Assembly: GCA_963844715.1 (NCBI GenBank)
Contig: CAWJPJ010000007.1
Location: 512,001 to 576,000, forward strand
DNA: 64,000 bases
Direction of reading: 5' to 3'
DNA from: an uncultured Phycisphaerales bacterium
GTDB lineage: Bacteria > Planctomycetota > Phycisphaerae > Tepidisphaerales > Tepidisphaeraceae
Numbering within the stretch: position 1 is the stretch's first letter; each line of letters opens with the position of its first letter. Below are positions 32,819 to 43,176 of this stretch, in pieces. A program made the translations under genes and the position numbers. The notes under the pieces were generated by a model that did no database searches, had not been told where the DNA came from, and saw only the letters and a program-made list of their open reading frames with translations.

Positions 32819-35131
32819 ATGTTGAGCCAAGCCAAGCGGCGGACGACGATTTACCGGTGCATCAGCGGCGTGGTGATGGAATCGCTGGAGGGCCGGCTGC
32901 TGTTGTCGACCACCACCGCCCCGACGACGTCGGCGGACCTGCCGGACCCGATCGTTCCGATCAAGCTGCCGGAGGCGCCGCTTCCATTGCAGGGCATCGT
33001 GGGAACCCCGGAGAGCCTCTCTCCGGCAATGCTCAACACGACCTACGGGTTTGGCGAAATCGCATACAACGTGGGCGGAACCGACAGCGGTGGAACGCTC
33101 ATCGGGGGAACGGATTATCAGGGGAACGGGGCGGGAACGACGATTGCCATCGTTGATGCCTATGGAAGTCCGACGATCACCAGCGACCTGGAAACATTCG
33201 ATGCCCATTGGGGGATTAGCAACAACGACGCTGAGGGTAATTTCTGTCTGACGATTCAGCCGTTGGGTGGAGTCAACGTGAGCCCCGGGCCGGTGACATC
33301 CAACGCGGATTGGGCGACGGAGACTTCGCTCGATGTGGAGTGGGCGCACGCGGTAGCGCCGGCGCGCATATTCTCCTTGTGGAGTCCCCGGATCCGTCAC
33401 TGATACACATGTTCGACGCGGTCGTTTATGCCGCCGAGCAGCCGGGTGTCGTTGACGTTTCGATGAGTTGGGGGAGCGATGTCAATGCGACCGATTTCCC
33501 CAATGACCAGCCATGGATTTATGACGGGTATTTTGTCACTCCGGACGGCCACCTGGATTCGAACGGCGTCGCCGGGGGTGTGACGTTCCTGGCCTCCTCG
33601 GGAGATGATGGAGACCTCAGCTACCCAGCGGCTTCGTTTAACGTCGTGTCGGTCGGCGGGATGACGGTTAGCGTGGGTCTGGATGGAACGTTTCAAGATG
33701 AGGCGCCCTGGAACAATACGTACGGATCGAGCGGAGGCGGCGAGGATTCGATTTACGCCTCGGAATACAATACGCCATTCGTTTCCCTTGAGGCGGATCC
33801 GGTTACGGGCGTGTGGATGTATGACTCGACGCCTGACGACGGCGTGGCGGGATGGCAGGTTGTCGGCGGAACCAGTCTTGCGTGCCCGGTCTGGGCCGGG
33901 TATGTCGCCATCATCGATCAGGGAGTCATGCTCAGCGGCCGGGGATCGCTTCAGAGCGATACGGTGATCGATGATATCATCACCGCCGGCGAACAAAGCC
34001 CGGCTTACTTTATTGGCTCCTATGGCGGTCAGGCTCCGATGTATCCCCTGGGCATGGCGCCGTACCCCGACTTCCAGGCGATACCCTCGAACGGCAACAC
34101 GGGTTTCGGCGTCCCCAATGCGCTTTACTTCGACACGACCAATGACCTGGTCGCGAATCCATTCGCCAGTTACATCCTGGAGCATGATCCGGGTGCGACC
34201 CCGACGATTGCGTTTCAATCGTCGTCGATTCCTCAGCTTGCCTTTGTTCAAGGTCCCTCCAGCACGGTCGCGGGCCAGACGATTTCGCCGGCGATCACGG
34301 TTGATGAGACGGGCGGGACCCTCACCGGAACGGTCAGCATCGCGATCAGCCTGCTCAGTCCGTCCGGCAACGCGGATCTTCTGGGAACGACGACGGTTAC
34401 CGCTGTGAACGGGGTGGCAACTTTCAGTAATCTCGCCATCGATCAGGCGGGAACCTACGAACTTCAGGCCGCCGAGACCGGCGTGCTCGCGGGTATTTCG
34501 GGCCAGTTCACCGTCAGCGCGGCCGCCCCGGTTGATCTCGGTTTTATCACTCAGCCTTCGGCGACGTGGCAATTTGGACCCGTTACTCCGCCGGTCGTCG
34601 TTGGCATGGAGGATCAATTCGGAAATGTGGTCACCACCAGCACGAATCCGGTGAGCATCGTGATTGAATCGGGCCCCGCGGGGGCGGCTCTATCCGGTAG
34701 TACCACCGTTAACGCATCGGCCGGCCGGGCGACGTTCGACGATCTGGTCTTCAGCAAATCGGGCCAATACACAATTTTGGCCACCAGCGCCGGGCTGACG
34801 GGCGCGAACGAGCAACAGTTTCACGGTCGTCGGGATTCCCGCGACCGAGCGGTTCTTGTTTAACGGCGAGGCAATCGGTCCGGTGCTGATCCTTCAACAG
34901 GAACACCGCAATGCAACGTTGATCGCCGCGCAAGGCTCACCAAGCTCCGCGCAGATCGCGGCAGTCCCCGCCGCCGTGCCAGCCGTACCCGCGGTGATCG
35001 CCAGCGGCGCGGACGCCTCGGCCAACGCGACGCCTGCCGCGGCGGATTCGCCCGGTCCGCTGTTCAGCTTTATTCCGGTGAGTTCCTCGTCGAGCGACGA
35101 TGATCTCAACCAACTGCTCGCCGGAGATTAG
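32819..35131 (+). CDS. secreted S53 (sedolisin/kumamolisin-like) peptidase with C-terminal Ig-like domains (frameshifts)
   Basis: ESLEGRLLLS motif; GAGTTIAIVDAY; ETSLDVEW (catalytic E/D); ASSGDDG; GGTSLA (catalytic Ser); repeated GVATFSNL/GRATFDDL beta domains. Confidence 0.85.
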
Positions 35132-35153
35132 GCGGTTAGTCAAAAGGGGAAAA

Positions 35154-35225
35154 AGCGGGCGAACGGACTCGAACCGTCAACATCCTGCTTGGAAGGCAGG
35201 TGCTCTGCCATTGAGCTACGCCCGC
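35154..35225 (-). tRNA. tRNA-Gly (anticodon TCC), CCA not encoded
   Basis: rc: GCGGGCG TAGCTCAATGGCAGAGC A CCTGC CT TCC AA GCAGG ATGTT GACGG TTCGAGT CCGTT CGCCCGC T. Confidence 0.96.
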
Positions 35226-35314
35226 AACGCCGCCTCAGCGGCGGAAATTCCAATGATAAATGATAAGTGACGATTGGCCAAACGGTCGGCGGCCGACGTT
35301 TTTGCCAGTAAATG

Positions 35315-35884
35315 CTAGAGCGTTTTTCCGCCGACAGTTACCGGAATCCCGGTCGGCTGGGCGGCCGGGGAATAGCTCGGCTCGATCGCCAGTTGCATGG
35401 GGCGTCGGCGCCCGGCGGGGGGAAGGCCGTCTTCGTCGATGATCCGCTGAATGGCCATGATCCCCTCGATGAGGGTCTCCGGGCGCGGTGGGCAGCCGGG
35501 CACGTAAACGTCCACCGGCATGAACTGGTCGATTCCCTGGATCGTCGCATAGGCGTCGAATACGCCGCCGGTGCTGGCGCACGCCCCCATCGAGATCACC
35601 CACTTCGGCTCGGTCATCTGCTGATAAATGTGTTGCAGGACGGGCATCATCTTGATGGTGACCCGGCCGGCAACGATGAGCAGGTCACTCTGGCGCGGGC
35701 TGAATCGCATCGCCTCGGCGCCGAAGCGGGCCAGGTCGTAGCGGCTGGATGCGGTCGCCATGAGTTCGATCCCGCAGCATGCTGTGGCAAATGGCATCGG
35801 CCAAAGCGAGCTTCGCCGCGCCCAATTCACCACTTTCTTGAGCTGCGTCGTCAAGACGTTATCGGGCAGTGTTTGCGTATCCAT
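35315..35884 (-). CDS. nuoB: NADH-quinone oxidoreductase subunit B
   Basis: [44 protein letters not shown]. Confidence 0.96.
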   Translation of the reverse strand: MDTQTLPDNVLTTQLKKVVNWARRSSLWPMPFATACCGIELMATASSRYDLARFGAEAMRFSPRQSDLLIVAGRVTIKMMPVLQHIYQQMTEPKWVISMGACASTGGVFDAYATIQGIDQFMPVDVYVPGCPPRPETLIEGIMAIQRIIDEDGLPPAGRRRPMQLAIEPSYSPAAQPTGIPVTVGGKTL

Positions 35885-35931
35885 ACCGTCACTCCATCGG
35901 ACGCATCGTGATGATAGGTGAATTATTGGCG

Positions 35932-36345
35932 TCAATCCCAGCGGAATACGCCCTTCCCCCAGGCGTAGAAGTACGCAACCAGCAGGATCACGACGAATAC
36001 GACCATTTCCATGAGAAGGAGCAGGCCGGCTTTGTGGCCGGAATCACGCACGTGGCGGGCGAAAATCGTGGCCCAGGGATAGAAAAAGATGATTTCGACA
36101 TCGAACACCAGGAAGATCATGGCAACGATGTAGAAGCGGACATTGAAGCGGCGGTGGGCATCGCCGACCGGGATCATGCCGCTTTCGTAGGTGACTTCCT
36201 TGCCAGGGCCGGTGCGTTTTGGCCCGAGGATGATGGAGGCGGCGATGTTGACGACGGCGAAGCCGACGCCGACCACCAGGAGGACCACCACCGGCAGCCA
36301 GCCGGCCAGGGGGGAGGAGAATTCAGCCAAAACGGGGGCGGCCAT
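35932..36345 (-). CDS. nuoA: NADH-quinone oxidoreductase subunit A
   Basis: [30 protein letters not shown]. Confidence 0.95.
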   Translation of the reverse strand: MAAPVLAEFSSPLAGWLPVVVLLVVGVGFAVVNIAASIILGPKRTGPGKEVTYESGMIPVGDAHRRFNVRFYIVAMIFLVFDVEIIFFYPWATIFARHVRDSGHKAGLLLLMEMVVFVVILLVAYFYAWGKGVFRWD

Positions 36346-36410
36346 GGGTGAAAATGTATGCGCTGGCGGCGGATTTGCAACAGATATCGGCCGCCTACTA
36401 ATCTACGGGT

Positions 36411-37664
36411 ATGAAAATATGCCTCGTCGCCCAGAACGCATCGCTGAAATTCGGCGGCGAGGCAAGTCTGCCTTGGCTGCTATTCAAGCATTTGCGGGCT
36501 CGGGGGGAGGATGTGCACCTGGTCGCCCACGGGCCGCACCTCTGAGGAAGTCCTGGCGGGGTTTCCCGACGACAGGGACCGGCTGCATTTTGCCGCCGGA
36601 GACGGGCTTGGACCGGTTTTTGTGGAAAATCGGATCACTGCTGCCGGGGAAGATCGACGCCCAGACGTTCACGATTTTGCGGCATATTCATAACCAGCGA
36701 TTGCAAAAACGAATCGTCCGCCGACTCATCGCGGAGCGGGGGATCGAAATCGTGCATGAGATCAATCCCGTGTCGCCCAAGCAGGTGAGTCTGATGTACG
36801 GGCTCGGGGTGCCGGTCGTGATCGGGCCGCTGGCGGGGGGAATGAAATATCCGCGGGCATTCGCGGATATGGAATCGGCTGCGGAGCGCGATTGTTGAAG
36901 CGGGCGGACGGAGGCTGGCGCAATTTCTCAATGTCCTTTGGCCTGGGAAGCGAAAGGCGGCGGGATTGATCGTCGCGAACGATCAGGCGCGGGATGCGCT
37001 GCCTAAGGGCGCGGGCGGGAAAATCTTTTATGTTCCGGATGTCGGCGTCGATCTGAGCGTCTGGGCCGGCGAGGCGGAGCCCGCGCAGCGGCCGGATGAC
37101 TCAGTTCGATTCGTTTATCTCGGGCGCCTGGCGGAGTGGAAAGGGGTCAAATATCTGTTGGAGGCGTTCAGCGCCGTAGCCGATCAAAATCCGTCCGCGC
37201 ACCTGGATATCCTCGGCGACGGCGAGATGCGCGACGCACTGGAAGAACAATCGCGCAGGATTGAATCTCACGGATCGCGTGACGTTCGTCGGGTGGGTTT
37301 CGGCGGCCGACGGGGCGCGGCGATTGCGCGCGGCGGATGTTCTGGTGCTCCCGAGCCTGCACGAAGTCGGGGGGATCGTGATCCTGGAAGCGATGGCGGC
37401 GGGACTGCCTGTCATCGCCACCGATTGGGGCGGGCCGGCGACTGCACGTGACGGATGAAATCGGGATTCGCGTGAAGCCCGATAGCAAGGATGGATTCGT
37501 CAACGGACTGGCCGGCGCCATGATCCGCCTGGCGGGCTCACCGGAATTGCGGCCGCGGCATGGGGCTGGCGGGCAGAAAGCGCGTCGGCGAAAATTTGTA
37601 TGATTGGGACGCCAAAACCGGGCGGTTTCTGGAAATCTACGGTGAATTGATCGGGAAGGTATGA
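36411..37664 (+). CDS. glycosyltransferase family 4 (several frameshifts)
   Basis: MKICLVAQNASLKFGGEA start; YLGRLAEWKG; LVLPSLHEVGGIVILEAMAAGLPVI. Confidence 0.85.
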
Positions 37665-38983
37665 TGAAGGTCATGGAGTTGGCCGCCAGGATCGCGGACA
37701 AATCGGCGCTGGTCGGCGTGGTCGGCCTGGGGTACGTCGGCCTGCCGCTGCTGGCGGCGTTTCATCGCGCGGGATTCGCGGTCATCGGCTTCGACAACGA
37801 CCCTAAAAAGATCGTCGCGCTCGAGCGCGGCGAAAATTATCTGAAACATCTCGGCGCCGATCTGGTCCGGCAGATGCGAGGAGCGGGAAGATTTTCGGCG
37901 ACCGCCGATTTCTCGCGGTTGAAGGAACCCGACGCGATCTTGATCTGCGTCCCGACGCCGCTCGGGAACCATCTCGAACCCGATTTGAGTTTCATCGAAA
38001 ACACGACGGACCATATTGCGGCCACGCTTCGGCCCGGACAGCTCGTCGTGCTGGAATCGACCACGTACCCCCGCACGACCCGGCAGATCGTCCTTCCGCG
38101 ACTGGAAGCCGGCGGATTGAAATGTGGGAAGGACTTCTATCTCGCTTTTTCGCCGGAGCGCGAAGATCCGGGGCGGAAGGACTTTTCGACGGCCTCGATT
38201 CCGAAACTTGTCGGCGGAATCGATGCACCGTCCACGGAAATTGCCGCCGCTCTCTACCGCCAGGCGATTGAAAAAGTGATTCCCGTCGCGTCGGCGGAGA
38301 TCGCCGAATCCGCGAAGCTGCTCGAAAATATCTATCGCGCCGTCAACATCGCGCTGGTCAACGAGATGAAGATGGTTCTGACCGCGATGGATATCGACGT
38401 CTGGCAGGTGATCGCCGCGGCCAGCACCAAGCCCTTCGGTTTCCAGCCGTTTTTTCCCGGGCCGGGATTGGGCGGGCATTGCATTCCGATCGATCCGTTT
38501 TATCTCTCGTGGAAGGCGCGCGAAGTCGGCATGCCGACGAAATTCATTGAGCTGGCGGGCCAGGTCAATCACGCCATGCCGGATTATGTCGTGCAGAGAA
38601 CGGCACTGGCGCTGAACGAGCGCGGGAAGGCGGTCAAAGGCTCCAAGATTCTGATCCTTGGCCTGGCCTATAAGCCGGACGTCGACGACGTTCGCGAAAG
38701 CCCGAGTTTTGAACTGATCGAAAAACTGACGGAACTCGGCGCGACGGTGGACTATAACGACCCGCACGTCCCGGCCACGCACAAAATGCGCAAGTATGAT
38801 TTGAACATGCGCAGCGTACTCATAACGAAGGAATCGCTCGCGCAATACGATTGCGTCCTGGTCTCAACTCATCACTCCGCGTACGACTGGCAGATGATCG
38901 CGGACCACTCAAAATTGATCATCGATACGCGCGGGGCCATGCGAAATGTGCAAGGCCGCCGCGACCATATCGTCTCGGCTTAA
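37661..38983 (+). CDS. nucleotide-sugar dehydrogenase (UDP-GlcNAc 6-dehydrogenase, WbpA-like)
   Basis: GLGYVGLP, CVPTP, ESTTYP, FSPER, KLLEN, GGHCIPIDP, GLAYKPDVDDVRESP. Confidence 0.93.
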   Translation: MMKVMELAARIADKSALVGVVGLGYVGLPLLAAFHRAGFAVIGFDNDPKKIVALERGENYLKHLGADLVRQMRGAGRFSATADFSRLKEPDAILICVPTPLGNHLEPDLSFIENTTDHIAATLRPGQLVVLESTTYPRTTRQIVLPRLEAGGLKCGKDFYLAFSPEREDPGRKDFSTASIPKLVGGIDAPSTEIAAALYRQAIEKVIPVASAEIAESAKLLENIYRAVNIALVNEMKMVLTAMDIDVWQVIAAASTKPFGFQPFFPGPGLGGHCIPIDPFYLSWKAREVGMPTKFIELAGQVNHAMPDYVVQRTALALNERGKAVKGSKILILGLAYKPDVDDVRESPSFELIEKLTELGATVDYNDPHVPATHKMRKYDLNMRSVLITKESLAQYDCVLVSTHHSAYDWQMIADHSKLIIDTRGAMRNVQGRRDHIVSA

Positions 38984-39029
38984 GCGTGGCGTGCTGCCGC
39001 GTGGTATAATTGGAGCCAGGAGACCCCCC

Positions 39030-39236
39030 ATGAAACAGACGTTCACCGCCCGGGTTTGGAAAGAGGAAGATTGGTTCATCGCCCAGTGCGTCGAGGTGGA
39101 TGTCGCCAGCCAGGGACGCACCGAGGAAGAAGCCTTGGCCAATCTCCGCGAGGCGTTGGAACTTCATTTCGAGCCGCCGACCGCGACCATCACGCCCAAG
39201 ATCGCCCACATTGAGGTGGAACTTGGCACGGCTTAG
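39030..39236 (+). CDS. hicB: HicB-family antitoxin (short form)
   Basis: EEDWFIAQC..VDVASQGRTEEEALANLREALEL; upstream TGGTATAAT and GGAG RBS. Confidence 0.88.
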   Translation: MKQTFTARVWKEEDWFIAQCVEVDVASQGRTEEEALANLREALELHFEPPTATITPKIAHIEVELGTA

Positions 39237-39448
39237 GCCACTCCCCTTTCGCGAGGTTCGGCGCAAAACTCATCGCAGCGGGATTTGTTCAAGTCGGTCA
39301 GCGCGGAAGCCACGTGAAATTCGCTCGGGTGACTTCAGAAGGGACTCGAACGGCAATCGTACCGAATCACGCCGAAGTGCGTCTGGGAACCTTGAGAAGC
39401 GTTCTGAATCAGGCGGGTTTGACACCCGAACAGTTCATCGCGCTTTAA
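39223..39448 (+). CDS. hicA: HicA-family mRNA interferase toxin (apparent extra base in an A-run near 39265; not in ORF track)
   Basis: Manual translation: (M)ARLRPLPFREVRRKL/IAAGFVQVGQRGSHVKF...AIVPNHAEVRLGTLRSVLNQAGL; GSH catalytic motif. Confidence 0.85.
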
Positions 39449-39455
39449 GGACTCG

Positions 39456-40092
39456 ATGACGGCCTTGCGGATCATTGCGGGATTGATCATTCTTGCAACC
39501 CTTGCGATGGTCGATCTGCGAGCGCCACGGCCGCGCGGCGACGCGCTGGCGCGAATACGCCTTCCTGTTGTTATGCGTCATCGTCGCCATCGGCTATGGG
39601 ATCGCCAACGATCAAATGACCTCGCGCATTTCGTGGGAATATTTTTATTATGGGAAGGAACTCGGGCCGATCCTCGGTCCAAAAACTCCGCCCGACATGA
39701 CGGCTCTGCATTGGCAAGCCGTGCGCATCGGCGCGGAAGCCACCTGGGCCGCCGGACTCATCGCCGGCGTGGCGATGCTCCTGGCGAATAATCCGCGTCC
39801 CGATCGTCCGCAGCTTTCCTTTCTGAGACTGGCCTTATGTCTGCCAAGCTTTATCGCCATCGCGGCGGCAATGGGGATCGTGTTCGGCGCGGTCGGCGCC
39901 TGCGGATGGCTCAACTGGATTAGCGAGGACTTCGGCGCCCTCTTCAAGGCGAATCTCTGGCGACCGACGCACTTCATGGCCGTCTTCGGCGTTCATCTTG
40001 GCGGGTATATCGGCGGGCTGATGGGAATCGCTTACAATGTGGTGCGCATCACGCGAACGCGAAAATTGAATTTGACCCAAGGAGTGTCATGA
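39456..40092 (+). CDS. hypothetical integral membrane protein (frameshift near 39520)
   Basis: Several TM segments; YGIANDQMTSRISWEYF motif. Confidence 0.65.
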
Positions 40093-40268
40093 GTCCGCAA
40101 AACCGCTCGCCGAGGCAATTCCCCGCTCCCCCGCGATTGCTGGTTTTGGCACTGTTTGCGGTGGTCGGATTGTTGTGGGGGAATCACTTGGCTAATGAGA
40201 AACGGACGATTCAGCCTCCCGCGCGTCCGTCAACTGCGGCGTCGCCGAGCGTCGCCACGCAGCCGTGA
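40089..40268 (+). CDS. small single-TM protein, 59 aa (not in ORF track)
   Basis: AGGAG RBS, ATGA overlap; MSPQ...RLLVLALFAVVGLLWG...SVATQP*. Confidence 0.5.
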   Translation: MSPQNRSPRQFPAPPRLLVLALFAVVGLLWGNHLANEKRTIQPPARPSTAASPSVATQP

Positions 40269-40272
40269 CGCA

Positions 40273-40860
40273 TTATCCCTCGGGAGTATCCAGCAGGGAT
40301 TGCAGCCGGTCTCCCAATTCACCTGGGAAGCGGGCCGGCCATGTGGAATCCAATAGGCCCGCATCAATCAAATCCCGCAAATGCACGCGGTCTTTATCGC
40401 GGAACGCCGTCAGCTTGATTTGCACCAGCGCTTGCAGCGACAGCACTCGGAATTTATCGGCCGATTCCGAGGCGGTCACGTCGGGATTCGCCGCCGACTC
40501 ATGATCGCGCACTTTTTCGTTGGCGAAGATCAGATGCACGGCGTCGCGCGCCTTGGCTCGGGGTCCGTCCAGAAAAACATCCATGCCCGCGGTGTGCCTA
40601 AATATGAAACCGGCGGCTTCGAGGGCCGCTTTAACCGAATTCAAATCGGACCGGCGGACGAGAATATCGACGTCCTGCGTATTTCGAACCGCCGATTCGT
40701 CGACGCGCGAAACCCACAACGCGACGGCATTCCCACCCGCGACAGCGTAAGGCACCTTGGCCGCTTCTAGCGCGGCGGCGGCGCGTAAAAGTCGCTGACG
40801 CACTTTTTCCACGGCATTCACCATCCTATCAAGTGAAAATGGGCCGGGGACAACGGTCAT
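40273..40860 (-). CDS. nucleotidyltransferase-fold protein
   Basis: YAVAGGNAV..RNTQDVDILV (GG + DxD pol-beta-like motif); KLTAFRDKDRVHL. Confidence 0.75.
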   Translation of the reverse strand: MTVVPGPFSLDRMVNAVEKVRQRLLRAAAALEAAKVPYAVAGGNAVALWVSRVDESAVRNTQDVDILVRRSDLNSVKAALEAAGFIFRHTAGMDVFLDGPRAKARDAVHLIFANEKVRDHESAANPDVTASESADKFRVLSLQALVQIKLTAFRDKDRVHLRDLIDAGLLDSTWPARFPGELGDRLQSLLDTPEG

Positions 40861-40896
40861 GGGCGGATCCCTATGATATCCCGCCCCGCCTGCGAA

Positions 40897-41879
40897 TCAC
40901 AACGCCGAGCGATACCACTGCATTGTGACATCCAACCCCGGCGAGAAATCGACGATGGGGGAATAGCCGAGGATGCTTTTGGCCAAGGAGAGATCGGCCA
41001 GGGAGTGTTTCACGTCGCCGGCGCGTTCCGGGGCGTGGATGGGAGTCAGGTCGGGTCGTTTGAGCCATGCGGCCATTTGCCGGGCCAGTTCGTTGACGCT
41101 GATTCGTCCGCCACAGGCGATGTTGATCACGGCGCCGCCAATGGGGGTTGGGGATTTGGCGGCCAGGAGATTGGCGTGGACGACGTTGTCGACGAATGTG
41201 AAATCGCGGGATTGTTCGCCGTCGCCGAAGATGCTGGGCCGTTTGCCGGCGAGGAGCGATTTGGCGAAGGCGGCGATCACGGCGGCGTAAGCGTTGTCCG
41301 CGCTTTCGCGCGGGCCGAAGATATTGAAGTAGCGCAGGCTTGCCGTGTCGATCGGGAAACTGGCGGCGTAGGCGGCCATCAGCGCCTCGCACGCGGCTTT
41401 GTTCGCGGCATAGGGGCTGCGCGGGCGGGGGGCATTGATTCCACCTTGGGGAGCGTGGGGCTGTCGCCGTAGGCGCTGCTGCTGGCGGCGAACATGACAC
41501 GCTTCACGCCTGCGGTGCGGGCGGCTTCCAGTACATTCAACGTGCCTGTGGAATTAACCTCGTGATAGTGACGCGGTTGTTCAATGCTTCGCGGTACGGA
41601 ACCCAGCGCGGCCTGGTGGAACACGAATTTCCTTCCATCGACACATTGCTGAAGGAGCGGCTGATCGAGGATCGAGCCTTTCGCAAATTTCACGTCTTTG
41701 GGAAGCGCCTCCGGATTTCCACCGCCGGAAAGATCGTCCAGGACGGTGACTTTCGCGCCCAGTTCGTTTAGAGCGGTTGCCAGATGGGAGCCGATGAAGC
41801 CGGCTCCTCCGGTGACGAGGACAGAACTGTTTTCAAAATCGCCGCCGTGGAGCTTTTTCCAATTCGTCAAGTTTGACAT
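40897..41879 (-). CDS. NAD-dependent epimerase/dehydratase (WbpP-like 4-epimerase; frameshift)
   Basis: VTGGAGFIGSHL, HQAALGSVPRS, ASSSAYG, LRYFNIFGPR, FGDGEQSRDFTFV. Confidence 0.9.
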
Positions 41880-41920
41880 GTGGGCCGCTAATTTACGGGA
41901 ACACGGGCGGAATAGACAAC

Positions 41921-43034
41921 CTATGCAACTGAGCCGATCAGTCGGCGGTAGAGGGCGAGGGTTTGTTCCACCTGTCGCGCGTAACTAAAATTCGATCGGA
42001 TATGTTCCGCGGCCGCCGCTCCCATGCGGGCAAGCGCCACCTTATCGGCTAGAAATTCCATGGCCTCGGCGATGAACGCATCGTGATCGATCGGCGTGGA
42101 TCGCCCGGTCACATTTTCCGGGATCAGTTCATGTGTGCCGCTGGTCGCGGTGCGCAGGACGGGCAATCCCGTGCACATGGCCTCGGCACAGGCCAACGAA
42201 AACCCTTCGCGGGCCGACGGCAGAAGCAGGGCATCCGCGGCATGATAAAGCGGCAGCGGATCGCGCCGGCCGAGGAGGGTCACGCGGGCACCCAGCCCGT
42301 CCTTTTCGATCCGGGCGCGAAGAGCCGCTTCATTGGGGCCGTCCCCGGCCATCAAGATTCGCAGTTTTGGCAGTTTGGCGACCGATTTTTGGGCCAGGTC
42401 CAGAAGCCAGGCCTCGTTTTTGGGGTCTTCCAGTCTTCCGACGTACAGGGCAATCAGGTCATCGTCTTTCAATCCCAAATTCTGGCGAGCCGACTGTGCG
42501 CGCCTCGGAGTCGTGCTTCGGAAACTTCGCGGGATCGATGCCGTGCGGAATAATCGTGATCCGGTCGGCGGGCACGCGGGCCTGTTCGGTCAGCCATTGC
42601 CCGGCGTCCTCGGACGGGGCGTGGACATGATCCCCAAAATCGCTGAGCCATCCCCACGGCCCGCCGAGCGGAATGTGGGATAAATGCAGCGTGTAAAGCA
42701 GGGGGGCGCGGTTGGTGCGCTGAAGCCGGCGAGCCACCAGGGTCGTCTTGCGATAATGCGCGTGCAGAATGTCGACGGGATGATCCTGGAGATAGCGGCG
42801 GAGGATTTTCGTTGCCCGGGGCAGTTGGAGAAGGCTGCTCCCCAGGGGCGCGTCAATCCACGGCCATGGGACATTTTGGAACATTTCGTGCCAGGCGCCG
42901 CGCTGGCCGGCGATGGCGACTTCATGTCCTTCGGCGACGCAGGCGTGGCATAAATCGTACAAATACCGGCTGACTCCGCCGGCGTCGCTGGCGGCGGTCA
43001 AATGCAGGATTCGCAAAGGCTTCGGGCTGTTCAT
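41921..43034 (-). CDS. glycosyltransferase family 4 (frameshift)
   Basis: RILHL...GGVSRY; IPHGID; YVGRLEDPKN; LPSAREGFSLACAEAMCTGLPV. Confidence 0.88.
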
Positions 43035-43176
43035 CGGCGACGAGATTATCGTCATTCTCTGCCTTGTGAGCCGATTACCACCGGCGGAAGTTCCACTGTA
43101 TAAATGCCGACATCTTAAACACCCAGCCCCCAAGCGGCGAGGCGGCGAAACGGCGGGGGAGGCATGAGGCGTCTGC

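Noticed and set aside
35100..35230. Integrative element at tRNA-Gly
   Set aside because: No integrase and no duplicated tRNA 3' end seen in the window.
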